Shown: in pieces, positions 7,877 to 16,777 of the stretch
Position numbering within the stretch: position 1 is the stretch's first letter
How the letters are laid out: every line of letters starts with the position of its first letter
Origin: an uncultured Spirochaetaceae bacterium
GTDB lineage: Bacteria > Myxococcota_A > UBA9160 > UBA4427
Length of the DNA stretch: 64,000 nt
Direction of reading: 5' to 3'
NCBI GenBank assembly: GCA_964515335.1
Contig: CAZETS010000013.1
Span: 11,728-75,727 of the forward strand
Notes under the pieces: generated by a model
The model's input: only the letters and a program-made list of their open reading frames with translations
Database searches by the model: none
Told to the model about the DNA's origin: nothing
Made by a program: the position numbers and the translations under genes

Positions 7877-9304
7877 ATGTCGATTCGTCCCCCCGCGGTA
7901 GCCGGCGCCTTCTACCCCGGCGTCGCGCCGGTTCTCGAGGCCGACGTGGCTCGCCTGCTCGCCGACGCAGAGCCGCCGGCGGGTCGGGGCGCGCTCGTCA
8001 AGGCGCTGATCGTGCCCCACGCCGGCTACCCGTACTCGGGGCCGGTCGCGGCGAGCGCCTACGCGCTGCTGCGCGACGGGGAAGCGCGGGTCCGGCGCGT
8101 GGTGCTGCTGGGGCCGGCTCACCGGGTGCCGGTGCGCGGCCTCGCGGCCTCGGGGGCCGATGCTTTCGAGACGCCGCTGGGCGTCGTGCCGCTCGACCGC
8201 GAGGGCCTGGAGGCGCTTCGCGACCTCCCGCAGGTGGTGGTCTCCGACGAGGCGCACGCCGCCGAGCACAGCCTGGAGGTCCAGCTGCCGTTCCTGCAGC
8301 GGGTGCTCGGCGACTTCGTGCTGCTTCCGCTCGTCGTGGGCGACGCGAGCGACGAGGAGGTCGCCGAGGCGCTCGAGCGCGTCTGGGGCGGCGACGAGAC
8401 GCTGATCCTGATCAGCTCCGATCTGAGCCACTACCACGACTACGCGACCGCGCGCAGCCTGGATGCCGCTACCTGCCGCGCCATCGAGCGCCTGGACGCC
8501 GCCGCGGTCGACTGGGAGTCGGCCTGCGGGCGGGTGCCGGTGCGGGGGCTCCTGGGTGCGGCCCGGCGTCACGGACTCGAGCCGCGCACCCTCGACCTGC
8601 GCAGCTCGGGCGACACGGCGGGCGACCGGGACCGCGTCGTCGGCTACGGGGCCTGGGCGTTCGAGCTGTCCGGCGAAGAGGCGGCCGACGCCGAGGCCGA
8701 CCAGACAGACGGGGCCGAAGCGCTCCACGCCGCCGCCGCCCGCGAGCTGTTCGCGATCGCCCGGCGGGCCATCGAGCAGGGGCTCGACACGGGCGGCGAG
8801 CCCGCCGTCCACCTCGACGCCGTCCCGCGCCCGCTGCGCGCTCCGGGTGCCAGCTTCGTCACCCTGCGCAGCCCCGACGGCGAGCTTCGCGGCTGCATCG
8901 GCAGCCTCGAGGCCGAGCGGCCGCTGGCGGCCGACGTCGCCCGCAATGCCTTCGCGTCGGCCTTCCGCGATCCGCGCATGACGCCGATCGCGCGGGACGA
9001 GCTGGCCGATCTCCACATCGAGATCTCGATCCTGACACCCCGGCAGGAGATCCCCGCCCGCTCCCTCGACGAGCTGATCGCTGCGTTGCGGCCGGGCGAG
9101 GACGGTCTGGTGCTCGAGGACGCGGGGCGCAGGGGGACGCTGCTGCCCCAGGTCTGGAGTCAGCTCCCGCAGGCGCGCGACTTCGCGGGGACGGTCTGGC
9201 GCAAGGCCGGGCTTCCCGAGCAGCACTGGTCGCCCACCGCCCGCGCCTGGCGGTATACGGTGCGCCGGCTCGACGAGCAGGACGCCGGAGGCGAGCCGTC
9301 GTGA
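7877..9304 (+). CDS. Fusion protein: Memo-like (AmmeMemoRadiSam protein B) N-terminal half plus AMMECR1 (protein A) C-terminal half
   Basis: ATG at 7877. The N-terminal half has AGAFYP, IVPHAGYPYSG, HSLEVQLPFL and SSDLSHY (Memo). After an acidic linker, the C-terminal half has GASFVTLR..GELRGCIGS and GTLLPQVW (AMMECR1). The gene is divergent from amrS. Confidence 0.9.
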   Translation: MSIRPPAVAGAFYPGVAPVLEADVARLLADAEPPAGRGALVKALIVPHAGYPYSGPVAASAYALLRDGEARVRRVVLLGPAHRVPVRGLAASGADAFETPLGVVPLDREGLEALRDLPQVVVSDEAHAAEHSLEVQLPFLQRVLGDFVLLPLVVGDASDEEVAEALERVWGGDETLILISSDLSHYHDYATARSLDAATCRAIERLDAAAVDWESACGRVPVRGLLGAARRHGLEPRTLDLRSSGDTAGDRDRVVGYGAWAFELSGEEAADAEADQTDGAEALHAAAARELFAIARRAIEQGLDTGGEPAVHLDAVPRPLRAPGASFVTLRSPDGELRGCIGSLEAERPLAADVARNAFASAFRDPRMTPIARDELADLHIEISILTPRQEIPARSLDELIAALRPGEDGLVLEDAGRRGTLLPQVWSQLPQARDFAGTVWRKAGLPEQHWSPTARAWRYTVRRLDEQDAGGEPS

Positions 9305-9582
9305 GTGCGCGCCGGCTCTTCATCGTGCTCGACGAGCAGGTCCACGAGATCGACGCCCTGCCGGGTGAGACGATCTTTCGCGCCGCGCACCGCAACGGGC
9401 TCGCGCAGCCGTTCTCGTGCGTGAGCGGCTACTGCGGGGAGTGCGCGGCCACGCTCGAGACCGGGGAGGTCGAGATGCGCGAGAACCGCGCCCTGTCCGA
9501 GAAGCAGCTCGGCCGCGGGCTGATCCTCACCTGCCAGTCGGTGCCGAGCACGGACGTCTGTCGCGTGCGCTTCGGCGACTGA
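9301..9582 (+). CDS. Plant-type [2Fe-2S] ferredoxin
   Basis: GTG at 9301 overlaps the upstream TGA (GTGA). The C-x4-C-x2-C pattern (SCVSGYCGEC) and the distal LTCQS cysteine are present. Confidence 0.85.
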   Translation: MSARRLFIVLDEQVHEIDALPGETIFRAAHRNGLAQPFSCVSGYCGECAATLETGEVEMRENRALSEKQLGRGLILTCQSVPSTDVCRVRFGD

Positions 9583-9709
9583 GCGTCCGGCAGCGCGGCA
9601 GCGCGGGGCATCCCGAATCCGTATGCTGGTCGGTCCCGCCGGACGGTCCGCGCAGTCCCGGGGCGCTGCATCGGCACCGCGCGGCACGACCCGGAGCGAC
9701 CAAGGCGAC

Positions 9710-10579
9710 ATGGAGTACGCGGCCCCCACCTGCGTCGAGGACGCGATCGGTCTGCTCGGCGCGGCCGGCGACGGCGGACGCGCGCTCGCCGGCGGCACCG
9801 ACCTGCTCGTGCAGCTGCGCACCGGTGTGCGTCGTCCCGAAACCGTCGTCGACCTGAAGCACATCCCCGAGCTGCGGCGCATCGAGTGCGACGACGGCGG
9901 CTTCCGGATCGGCGCCGCGGTGTCCGGCGCCGAACTCGGCGAGCACGCCGAGCTGCGTGCGGCCTGGCCCGGCGTCGTCGAGGCGGCGTGCCTGATCGGC
10001 TCCACCCAGATACAGGGCCGCGCGAGCCTCGGCGGCAACCTCTGCAACGCCTCGCCCGCGGCGGACAGCGTGCCGGCCCTGATCGCGGCGGACGCGGTCT
10101 GCACGGTGGCCGGCCCCGACGGGCGCCGCGAGGTGGCGGTCGAGGACGTGGTGGTGGGCCCCGGCGAGACGTCGCTCGGTCGCGGCGAGATCGTGACCGA
10201 ATTCCGGCTGCCCGCGCCGCCGCCGCGCTCGGGCGACGCCTATCTGCGGATGATTCCGCGCAGCGAAATGGACATCGCGATCGCCGGGGCGGGCGTGGCC
10301 CTCGCCCTCGACGACGCCGGCGTGTGTACGGCGTGCCGCATCGGGCTCGGCGCGGTGGCGCCGCGACCGCTGCTCGCGGACGCGGCCGCCGCTGAGCTGA
10401 TCGGCCGGGCGCCGGACGCCGACGCGCTCGCCCGGCTCGCGGACGCGGCGAGCGCGGCCACCGACCCCATCGACGACAAGCGCGGCACGCGCGTCTACCG
10501 CCAGCGCGTCGTCGGCGTACTGGCCCGCCGCGCGGCCGAGACGGCCCTCGCCCGGGCGCGCGAGCGCGCGGCCGCCTGA
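9710..10579 (+). CDS. Molybdenum hydroxylase (xanthine dehydrogenase family) FAD-binding subunit, CoxM-like
   Basis: ATG at 9710 (MEYAAPT). LAGGTDLLVQLR and GGNLCNASPAADS blocks are present. Confidence 0.85.
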   Translation: MEYAAPTCVEDAIGLLGAAGDGGRALAGGTDLLVQLRTGVRRPETVVDLKHIPELRRIECDDGGFRIGAAVSGAELGEHAELRAAWPGVVEAACLIGSTQIQGRASLGGNLCNASPAADSVPALIAADAVCTVAGPDGRREVAVEDVVVGPGETSLGRGEIVTEFRLPAPPPRSGDAYLRMIPRSEMDIAIAGAGVALALDDAGVCTACRIGLGAVAPRPLLADAAAAELIGRAPDADALARLADAASAATDPIDDKRGTRVYRQRVVGVLARRAAETALARARERAAA

Positions 10580-10607
10580 GTCGCAGCGAGCCTCACAGGA
10601 GAAGCCG

Positions 10608-11090
10608 TTGAGCAAGCGACACGTCACGACCACCATCGACGGAGAGCTCTGCGAGTTCCTCTGCGAGGACCACCAGACGCTGCTCGAGGTGCTGCGCGAC
10701 GTGCTGTTCAAGACGGGCACCAAGGAGGGCTGCGGGACCGGCGACTGCGGGGCCTGCAGCGTGATGGTCGACGGCCGGCTCGTCTGCAGCTGCCTGATGC
10801 TCGCCGCCGAGGCCGAGGGCCGCGAGGTCGACACCGTCGAGGGCATGGCGGACGGCGACCGGCTGCATCCCCTGCAGAAGCACTTCCTCGAGGCGGCGGC
10901 GCTTCAGTGCGGCGTGTGCACGCCCGGCTTCCTGGTGGCGGCCCGGGCGCTGCTCGAACGCGACTCCGACCCGAGCGAGCGGGACGTGCGCTTCTGGCTG
11001 GCCGGCAACCTGTGTCGCTGCACCGGCTACGACAAGATCGTGCGGGCGGTCCTGGACGCGGCCGCCGAGATGCGGGGAGCGGGCGCATGA
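10608..11090 (+). CDS. Molybdenum hydroxylase [2Fe-2S] small subunit, CoxS-like
   Basis: TTG start follows CAGGAGAAG. GCGTGDCGACSV and QCGVCTPG ... CRCTGY are the two cluster motifs. Confidence 0.9.
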   Translation: MSKRHVTTTIDGELCEFLCEDHQTLLEVLRDVLFKTGTKEGCGTGDCGACSVMVDGRLVCSCLMLAAEAEGREVDTVEGMADGDRLHPLQKHFLEAAALQCGVCTPGFLVAARALLERDSDPSERDVRFWLAGNLCRCTGYDKIVRAVLDAAAEMRGAGA

Positions 11091-13351
11091 GCGACGGAAA
11101 TGGCGCAGAGCAGAAGCTTCGTTGGGTAGGCACTCGGCCGGTGCGGCCGGACGGCGTCGACAAGGTGACCGGGCGCGCCCGGTACGGGGCCGATTTCGCG
11201 TTGCCCGACATGCTGTGGGCCAGGGTGCTTCGCAGCCCGCACACGCATGCACGCATCCTGAGCATCGACACCAGCCGGGCGCTTGCCCTCGACGGCGTGA
11301 AGGCCGTCGTCACCGGCGACGACCTGCCGGAGATTCCCTCCGAGGAGGCCTTCCTCGGCGAGCAGCCGACCGACTTCCGGATGCTCTCGCAGAACGTGAT
11401 CGCCCGCGGCAAGGTGCTGTACGACGGGCACGCCGTCGCCGCCGTCGCGGCCACCACGCCTGCCGTCGCCGAGCGGGCCCTCGAGCTGATCGAGGTCGAG
11501 TACGAGCCGCTTCCGTACGTGCTCGACATCGCCTCGGCGACCGCCGACGGCGCGCCGATCCTCCACGACGACCTGCGCGACCGGAAGGGCAACAGGCGGC
11601 CGCCTTCCAACGTGGCGAGCACGACGGAGATGGGGCACGGCGAGCCCGAGGAAGGCTTCGCGCGGGCCGACCTGGTGGTCGAGCGCGAGTTCACCACCCA
11701 GGCCGTCCACCAGGGCTACATCGAGCCGCACGCGTGCCTCGCGGAGGCGACTGCCGACGGTCGCGTCACGATCTGGAGCAGCTCGCAGGGGCATTTCATG
11801 GTGCGCGGCTACACGGCGAAGCTGCTCGGCCTCGAGCTCTCGCAGGTGCGTGCCGTGCCGGCCGAGATCGGCGGCGGCTTCGGGGGCAAGACCACGGTCT
11901 ACGTCGAGCCCCTCGCCGCGGCCCTGTCGCAGCGTGCGGGGCGTCCCGTCAAGCTCGTGATGTCGCGCGAGGAGGTGTTCCGCGCGACGGGACCGGCTTC
12001 GGCGACGCGCATGCGCGTCAAGATCGGTGCGACGCGCGATGGCAAGTTCACCGCCGCGGAGGCCTGGCTGGACTTCGAGGCGGGCGCCTTCCCGGGCTCG
12101 CCGGTGGGCGCCGCGTCGATGACGGTCTTCGCCCTCTACGCCCTCGAGCACGTGCGCTCGAACGGGCGCGACATCGTGGTCAACAAGCCGAAGGCCGCGG
12201 CGTATCGGGCGCCCGGCGCGCCGATGGCCGCGTATGCGGTGGAGACGGTGATCGACGAGATCGCCGAGCAGCTCGAGATCGATCCGGTCGATCTCCGGCT
12301 TCGCAACGCCGCGCAAGAGGGCGTGCAGTCTTCGTTCGGTCCGCGCTACCGGCGCATCGGGCTCGTCGAGACCCTCGAGGCCACGAAGGCGCACCCCCAC
12401 TACTCGGCGCCGCTCGGTCCGAACCAGGGTCGCGGTGTCGCGGCGGGCATGTGGTTCAACGCCGGCATGCAGTCGTCGGCGGGCGTGCTCGTCAACGAAG
12501 ACGGCACGGTGTCGGTGATCTCCAGCAATCCCGACATCGGAGGCTCGCGCGCCTCGCTCGCGATGATGGCCGCCGAGGAGCTCGGCATCGATTACGCAAG
12601 CATCGGCGTGCTCGTCGCCGACACGAGCTCGATCGGCTTCAGCGACCTCACCGGCGGCAGCCGGGTGACCTTCGCGACCGGCAAGGCGGTGATCGAGGCC
12701 GCTCGCGAGGTGATCGCGCAGCTGCGCGAGCGCGCCGCGAAGATCTGGGACGTCGACGTCGAGCGCGTGGTCTGGAGCGACGGCGCGGCGACGCTGACAG
12801 GAGGCGAGGACGAGGCGCCGCTCTCGCTGGCCGACATCGCGCGCCGGGCCGGCAAGACGGGCGGGCCGATCCAGTCGAACGTCTCGCTCAACGCGCGCGG
12901 CGTCGGCATGGCGTTCGGCGTGCACATCTGCGACGTCGAGATCGACCGCGAAACCGGCAAGGTCGACGTGATCCGCTACACGGTGCTGCAGGACGCCGGG
13001 CGCGCCATCCATCCGAGCTACGTCGAAGGGCAGATGCAGGGCGGCGCCGCCCAGGGCATCGGCTGGGCGCTCAACGAGGAGTGCGTGTTCGACGAGAAGG
13101 GGCGTCTGGAGAACCCGGGCTTCCTCGACTACCGGATGCCCGTGGCCTCGGACCTGCCGATGATCGACACCGTGATCGTCGAGGTGCCGAACCCCGCGCA
13201 CCCATACGGGGTGCGCGGCGTCGGCGAGGTGCCGATCGTGCCGCCCATCGCCGCGGTCGTGAACGCCGTGTACGCGGCGACGGGCGTGCGCTTCCGCGAC
13301 GTCCCGCTGTCGCCGCCGCGCGTGCTCGCGGGCCTCGACGAGGCCTCGTAG
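11087..13351 (+). CDS. Molybdenum hydroxylase large (molybdopterin-binding) subunit, xanthine dehydrogenase family
   Basis: ATG at 11087 overlaps the upstream TGA. VDKVTGRARYGAD, AAYRAPGAP and VRGVGE blocks are present. The active-site loop is not the AYxCSFR form of true CO dehydrogenase. Confidence 0.9.
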   Translation: MSDGNGAEQKLRWVGTRPVRPDGVDKVTGRARYGADFALPDMLWARVLRSPHTHARILSIDTSRALALDGVKAVVTGDDLPEIPSEEAFLGEQPTDFRMLSQNVIARGKVLYDGHAVAAVAATTPAVAERALELIEVEYEPLPYVLDIASATADGAPILHDDLRDRKGNRRPPSNVASTTEMGHGEPEEGFARADLVVEREFTTQAVHQGYIEPHACLAEATADGRVTIWSSSQGHFMVRGYTAKLLGLELSQVRAVPAEIGGGFGGKTTVYVEPLAAALSQRAGRPVKLVMSREEVFRATGPASATRMRVKIGATRDGKFTAAEAWLDFEAGAFPGSPVGAASMTVFALYALEHVRSNGRDIVVNKPKAAAYRAPGAPMAAYAVETVIDEIAEQLEIDPVDLRLRNAAQEGVQSSFGPRYRRIGLVETLEATKAHPHYSAPLGPNQGRGVAAGMWFNAGMQSSAGVLVNEDGTVSVISSNPDIGGSRASLAMMAAEELGIDYASIGVLVADTSSIGFSDLTGGSRVTFATGKAVIEAAREVIAQLRERAAKIWDVDVERVVWSDGAATLTGGEDEAPLSLADIARRAGKTGGPIQSNVSLNARGVGMAFGVHICDVEIDRETGKVDVIRYTVLQDAGRAIHPSYVEGQMQGGAAQGIGWALNEECVFDEKGRLENPGFLDYRMPVASDLPMIDTVIVEVPNPAHPYGVRGVGEVPIVPPIAAVVNAVYAATGVRFRDVPLSPPRVLAGLDEAS

Positions 13352-13367
13352 GCGGCGGCGGTTCGTC

Positions 13368-13613
13368 GTGGCACACGTCGTGCTGCCCCGGTCGATGGCC
13401 GAGCACACCGGTGGCGTGCTCGAAGCGGACGTCGTCGGCGCGACCGTGCGCGAGCTGATCGCGGCCCTCGATGCGCGCTTTCCCGGCGTGGGCGAGCTGC
13501 TGTCGGGCCGCATGGCGGTGGCGATCGACGGCGAGATCGTGGGCGATCCGTATCTCGAGCGCGTCGCTCCGCAGAGCGAGGTGCACTTCCTGCCGCCGGT
13601 GGGCGGAGGCTAG
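13368..13613 (+). CDS. MoaD/ThiS-family ubiquitin-like sulfur-carrier-type protein ending in Gly-Gly
   Basis: 81 aa ending FLPPVGGG-stop, with size and pattern typical of MoaD/ThiS. It starts 17 bp after the large-subunit stop. Confidence 0.7.
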   Translation: MAHVVLPRSMAEHTGGVLEADVVGATVRELIAALDARFPGVGELLSGRMAVAIDGEIVGDPYLERVAPQSEVHFLPPVGGG

Positions 13614-14623
13614 GCGGGCGCGGCCGGTGGCGCCGCGCTGGCGACCTCCACCACCACCTTCCCCGCCGTACCGCGATCCGCCAGGCTCGCGATGGCGCCC
13701 GGCACTTCCTCCATCGCTACCCGCGCGTCGATCAGGGGGCGGATGGCGCCCCTCGCGTAGAGATCGAGCAGCTCGTCGTGGACGCGATCGAGGAACGGCC
13801 TGTCGCGGTGGCTGTACTCGCCCATGTAGACGCCCACCAGCGAATAGTTGCGGAAGAGCAGCTGGTTGATCGGCGCGGCCGTCATCTCGCCGCCCGCGAA
13901 GCCGATCACCAGGATGCGCCCCTCCCAGGCCACGCACTTGCGCGACGCCTCGAAGACCCGGCCGCCCACCGGGTCGTAGACGACGTCGGCCCCCTGGCCG
14001 GCCGTGGCCTCGCGCACCGCCGGCACGAAGTCCTCCGCGCGATAGTCGATGGCCACGTCGGCTCCTAGCTCGCGGCAGATCGCGACCTTCTCCGGCCCGC
14101 CCGCGGTCGCGATCACCCGGGCGCCGGCCGCCTTGCCGAGCTGGATCGCCGCCGAGCCGACGCCGCCGGCGCCGGCATGCACGAGGAGCGTCTCGCCGGC
14201 TTGCAGGCCGCCGCGCCGGTGCAGGGCGACGTGTCCGGTCTGGAAGGGAATCAGCATCGCGGCGGCGTCGACGTCGGGCAGTGTGTCGGGAATCGCGTAG
14301 CAGTTGCGCGCGTCGGCGAGCGCGTACTCGGCGAGGCCGCCGTCGGGCAGCGCGGGCACGCCCATCACCCGCGTGCCCGGCGCAATGCCCGCCTCCGGTC
14401 CCGCCGCTACGACCTCACCCGCGACCTCGAGGCCGGGCGTGAAGGGGAGCTCGGGCCTCAGCTGGTAGGTGCCGCGGCAGAGCATGTCGTCGCCGAAGTT
14501 GAGCGCCGCCGCGCACACGCGGATTCGTACCTGGTCGCGCGCGGGTTCGGGCAGGGCGACGCCGTCCTCGAGAACGAGCGCGTCCACCGGGGCGCCGTGG
14601 GTGGGCACACGCCACGCCCTCAT
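13610..14623 (-). CDS. NADPH:quinone oxidoreductase / MDR-family zinc-type alcohol dehydrogenase-like protein
   Basis: 337 aa with LVHAGAGGVGSAAIQL (Rossmann motif) and an overall quinone-oxidoreductase pattern. Confidence 0.85.
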   Translation of the reverse strand: MRAWRVPTHGAPVDALVLEDGVALPEPARDQVRIRVCAAALNFGDDMLCRGTYQLRPELPFTPGLEVAGEVVAAGPEAGIAPGTRVMGVPALPDGGLAEYALADARNCYAIPDTLPDVDAAAMLIPFQTGHVALHRRGGLQAGETLLVHAGAGGVGSAAIQLGKAAGARVIATAGGPEKVAICRELGADVAIDYRAEDFVPAVREATAGQGADVVYDPVGGRVFEASRKCVAWEGRILVIGFAGGEMTAAPINQLLFRNYSLVGVYMGEYSHRDRPFLDRVHDELLDLYARGAIRPLIDARVAMEEVPGAIASLADRGTAGKVVVEVASAAPPAAPA

Positions 14624-14654
14624 CGAAACGGCCCGTTTCGCCGGCCCCGCTCGT

Positions 14655-15845
14655 TCAAGCGACCACGCCCTGCTCGCGGTGCCGGGCGATCTCGTCCGCC
14701 GAGCAGCCGGCGAGGCGGAGGATCTCGTCGGTGTGCTCGCCGAGCAGCGGCGGCCGGCGGGGCTCGACGGCGGGGCTTCCCGCGAGCCGTGCCGGCGGCC
14801 GGAGCACGCGAACGCGCGCGGCGGGATCCTCGATGATCCGCACCACCTCGCTGTGCACGACCTGCTCGTCCTCGAGGAAGGCGTCGAGGTCGTTCACGGG
14901 CGCGAAGGGGGCGCCCGCGGCGCGAAGTCCGGCGATCAGCTCGCGTGTCGGACGATCGCGAAACTCCTCCAGCAGGATCTCGAGCAGCGCGTCGATGTGC
15001 CGGAAGCGGCCGACCAGGCTGGCGAAGCGAGCGTCCTCGCGCAGGTCGTCGCGACCGAGCACCTCGCACAGCCCCCGGAACTGATCGTCCTGCACCACCA
15101 TGCCGACGACGTGCCCGTCCGCGGTGGGATAGACGCGAAACAAGTCGAAGGGCGGAGTGCGCTCGTCCGAGTCGGGAAACGACACCGAGCCCATCAGCTC
15201 GGGCAGGATGAATGCCGCGTAGGCGTCGAGCATGGGGACGTCTACCCGCTGTCCGCCGGCGTCGTGGCGCTCGCGGGCGAGCAGGGCCGCGAGCGTGGCC
15301 GAGAGCGCCGTCATGCCGGCCGCCTTGTCGGCCACCACGGAGCGGAACATCTGGGGCGCTCCGGCTCCGCCCTGGGCCGGCATCATGCCGGCGAGTCCCT
15401 GCACGACGTGATCGTAGGCGGGCAGCGGGGCGTAGGGCCCGTCGGGCCCGAAGCCGCTGATCGAGACGTAGACGAGCCGCGGATTCACTCCGGCCAGGGT
15501 CTCGTAGCCGATGCCGAGTCGTTCCATCACGTCGGGCCGGAAGTTCTCCACCACCACGTCGGCCTCGCGGGCGAGCCGCAACACCAGCTCGCGTCCGCCT
15601 GCAGACTTGAGGTCGAGGGCGATGCTCCGCTTGTTGCGATTCATCTGGCTGAAGAAGCCGGAGAGGCCGGCGTGGAACGGCCCGCTCGTCGAGCGCGACA
15701 TGTCACCCATCAGCCCTTCGAGCTTGATGACGTCCGCCCCGTAGTCTCCCAGCGCCTGGGTGCAGAACGGGCCGGAGACGACGGTGGTGAAGTCGAGGAC
15801 GCGCAGCCCCTCGCACGGGGCCCGGCGCTCCGGAGATGCGGGCAT
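14655..15845 (-). CDS. Family III CoA-transferase (CaiB/BaiF type)
   Basis: LRVLDFTTVVSGPFCTQALGDYGADVIKLE is a typical N-terminus for this family. 396 aa. Confidence 0.9.
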   Translation of the reverse strand: MPASPERRAPCEGLRVLDFTTVVSGPFCTQALGDYGADVIKLEGLMGDMSRSTSGPFHAGLSGFFSQMNRNKRSIALDLKSAGGRELVLRLAREADVVVENFRPDVMERLGIGYETLAGVNPRLVYVSISGFGPDGPYAPLPAYDHVVQGLAGMMPAQGGAGAPQMFRSVVADKAAGMTALSATLAALLARERHDAGGQRVDVPMLDAYAAFILPELMGSVSFPDSDERTPPFDLFRVYPTADGHVVGMVVQDDQFRGLCEVLGRDDLREDARFASLVGRFRHIDALLEILLEEFRDRPTRELIAGLRAAGAPFAPVNDLDAFLEDEQVVHSEVVRIIEDPAARVRVLRPPARLAGSPAVEPRRPPLLGEHTDEILRLAGCSADEIARHREQGVVA

Positions 15846-15991
15846 CCGGTCAGATTAGCGTCGGTGGGCCGCCTCGCCGCCGCAGCAGGTCTGCGATGAC
15901 GCGTGTTGGTCAGCGGACGAGAGGCTTCGTGCGCAAGCCGACCCTGCTTTCGTTCGCCGCATCGACATGCACGGCACGCCGTTTTGTCCAC

Positions 15992-16005
15992 GGCACGATG
16001 ATCGC
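15992..16005 (+). promoter_or_regulatory. Weak candidate sigma-54 -24/-12 element (GGCACGATGATCGC)
   Basis: GG-N10-GC spacing is correct and the -24 box is GGCACG, but the -12 box is TCGC rather than TTGC. It is preceded by a second CACGGCACG copy at 15970..15978. It lies about 150 nt upstream of the 16152 ORF. Confidence 0.25.
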
Positions 16006-16151
16006 GGCCCGGTCGCATGGGACGGTCCGGGTTCGAAGGCATAACCGGCTGATTCGCAAAGGCAAAGCCCATCGCTGCAGCGCCGCCGCGGGGCCCCGAT
16101 CCCCAGACCGCCTACCCTTGTCCGGGAGCGTGAACGGTGAGGAGGTGACCC

Positions 16152-16718
16152 GTGAAGCAAGCGTCGATACACCACGTCCTGGCTCTGGTCGCCGTGCTGA
16201 CCGCCGCCGCCGGCAGTGCGGTCGCCGAGGAACCGAGGAAGTCGATCGCCACGATCGTCGCGACGGAGAGCCCCGCCGACGGCACCTCGCAGATCCACAC
16301 CGAGGTTCTCGAGGAGTGCATCATGACGCTGCCGACCCTCGAGCAGCTGCAGCCGGTCACCGATGCGCGCTCGGAGTTTCTGAAGGCGATCAACGGTGAC
16401 ATCGAGAACAACGCCTCGACGCGCACGTTCAGCGCGACCGTCAGCGTCACGTACTCGCTCTATCAGAAGAAGCTCGTCGTCGTCACCGCCAACACGGTCG
16501 AGAAGAGCGAGCCCGTCCTACGCGAGGTCGACGGCCGCTTCGATCAGAGCGTGGTCTTCGAGTCGAACCCGGAGAACGGCGATTCCTTCGCCGGGCGCGA
16601 CCTCGTCAAGGAGTACTACTTCTCGACGCCGGAGGGCGCGGCGGCCGACGCGATGCGCAAGGCCGAGGCCTGGATCAAGCAGAAGCAGGCGTTGCTCTGC
16701 GGTCCGGACAAGCGCTGA
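16152..16718 (+). CDS. Hypothetical secreted protein with no family recognised
   Basis: GTG start follows GAGGAGG. Clear signal peptide (HHVLALVAVLTAAAGSAVA/EE) and non-repetitive, protein-like composition. Confidence 0.55.
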   Translation: MKQASIHHVLALVAVLTAAAGSAVAEEPRKSIATIVATESPADGTSQIHTEVLEECIMTLPTLEQLQPVTDARSEFLKAINGDIENNASTRTFSATVSVTYSLYQKKLVVVTANTVEKSEPVLREVDGRFDQSVVFESNPENGDSFAGRDLVKEYYFSTPEGAAADAMRKAEAWIKQKQALLCGPDKR

Positions 16719-16777
16719 GGCGCCGAGACGAGCCCGGTCCGTGCGGCGCGTCGCCGCGGAGCAGCGCGCCCCGGCTT

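Noticed and set aside
16025-16045. GGTTCGAAGG string resembling a tRNA T-loop
   Set aside because: The flanking bases do not form a T-stem, and no acceptor or anticodon arms can be drawn. It is not a tRNA.
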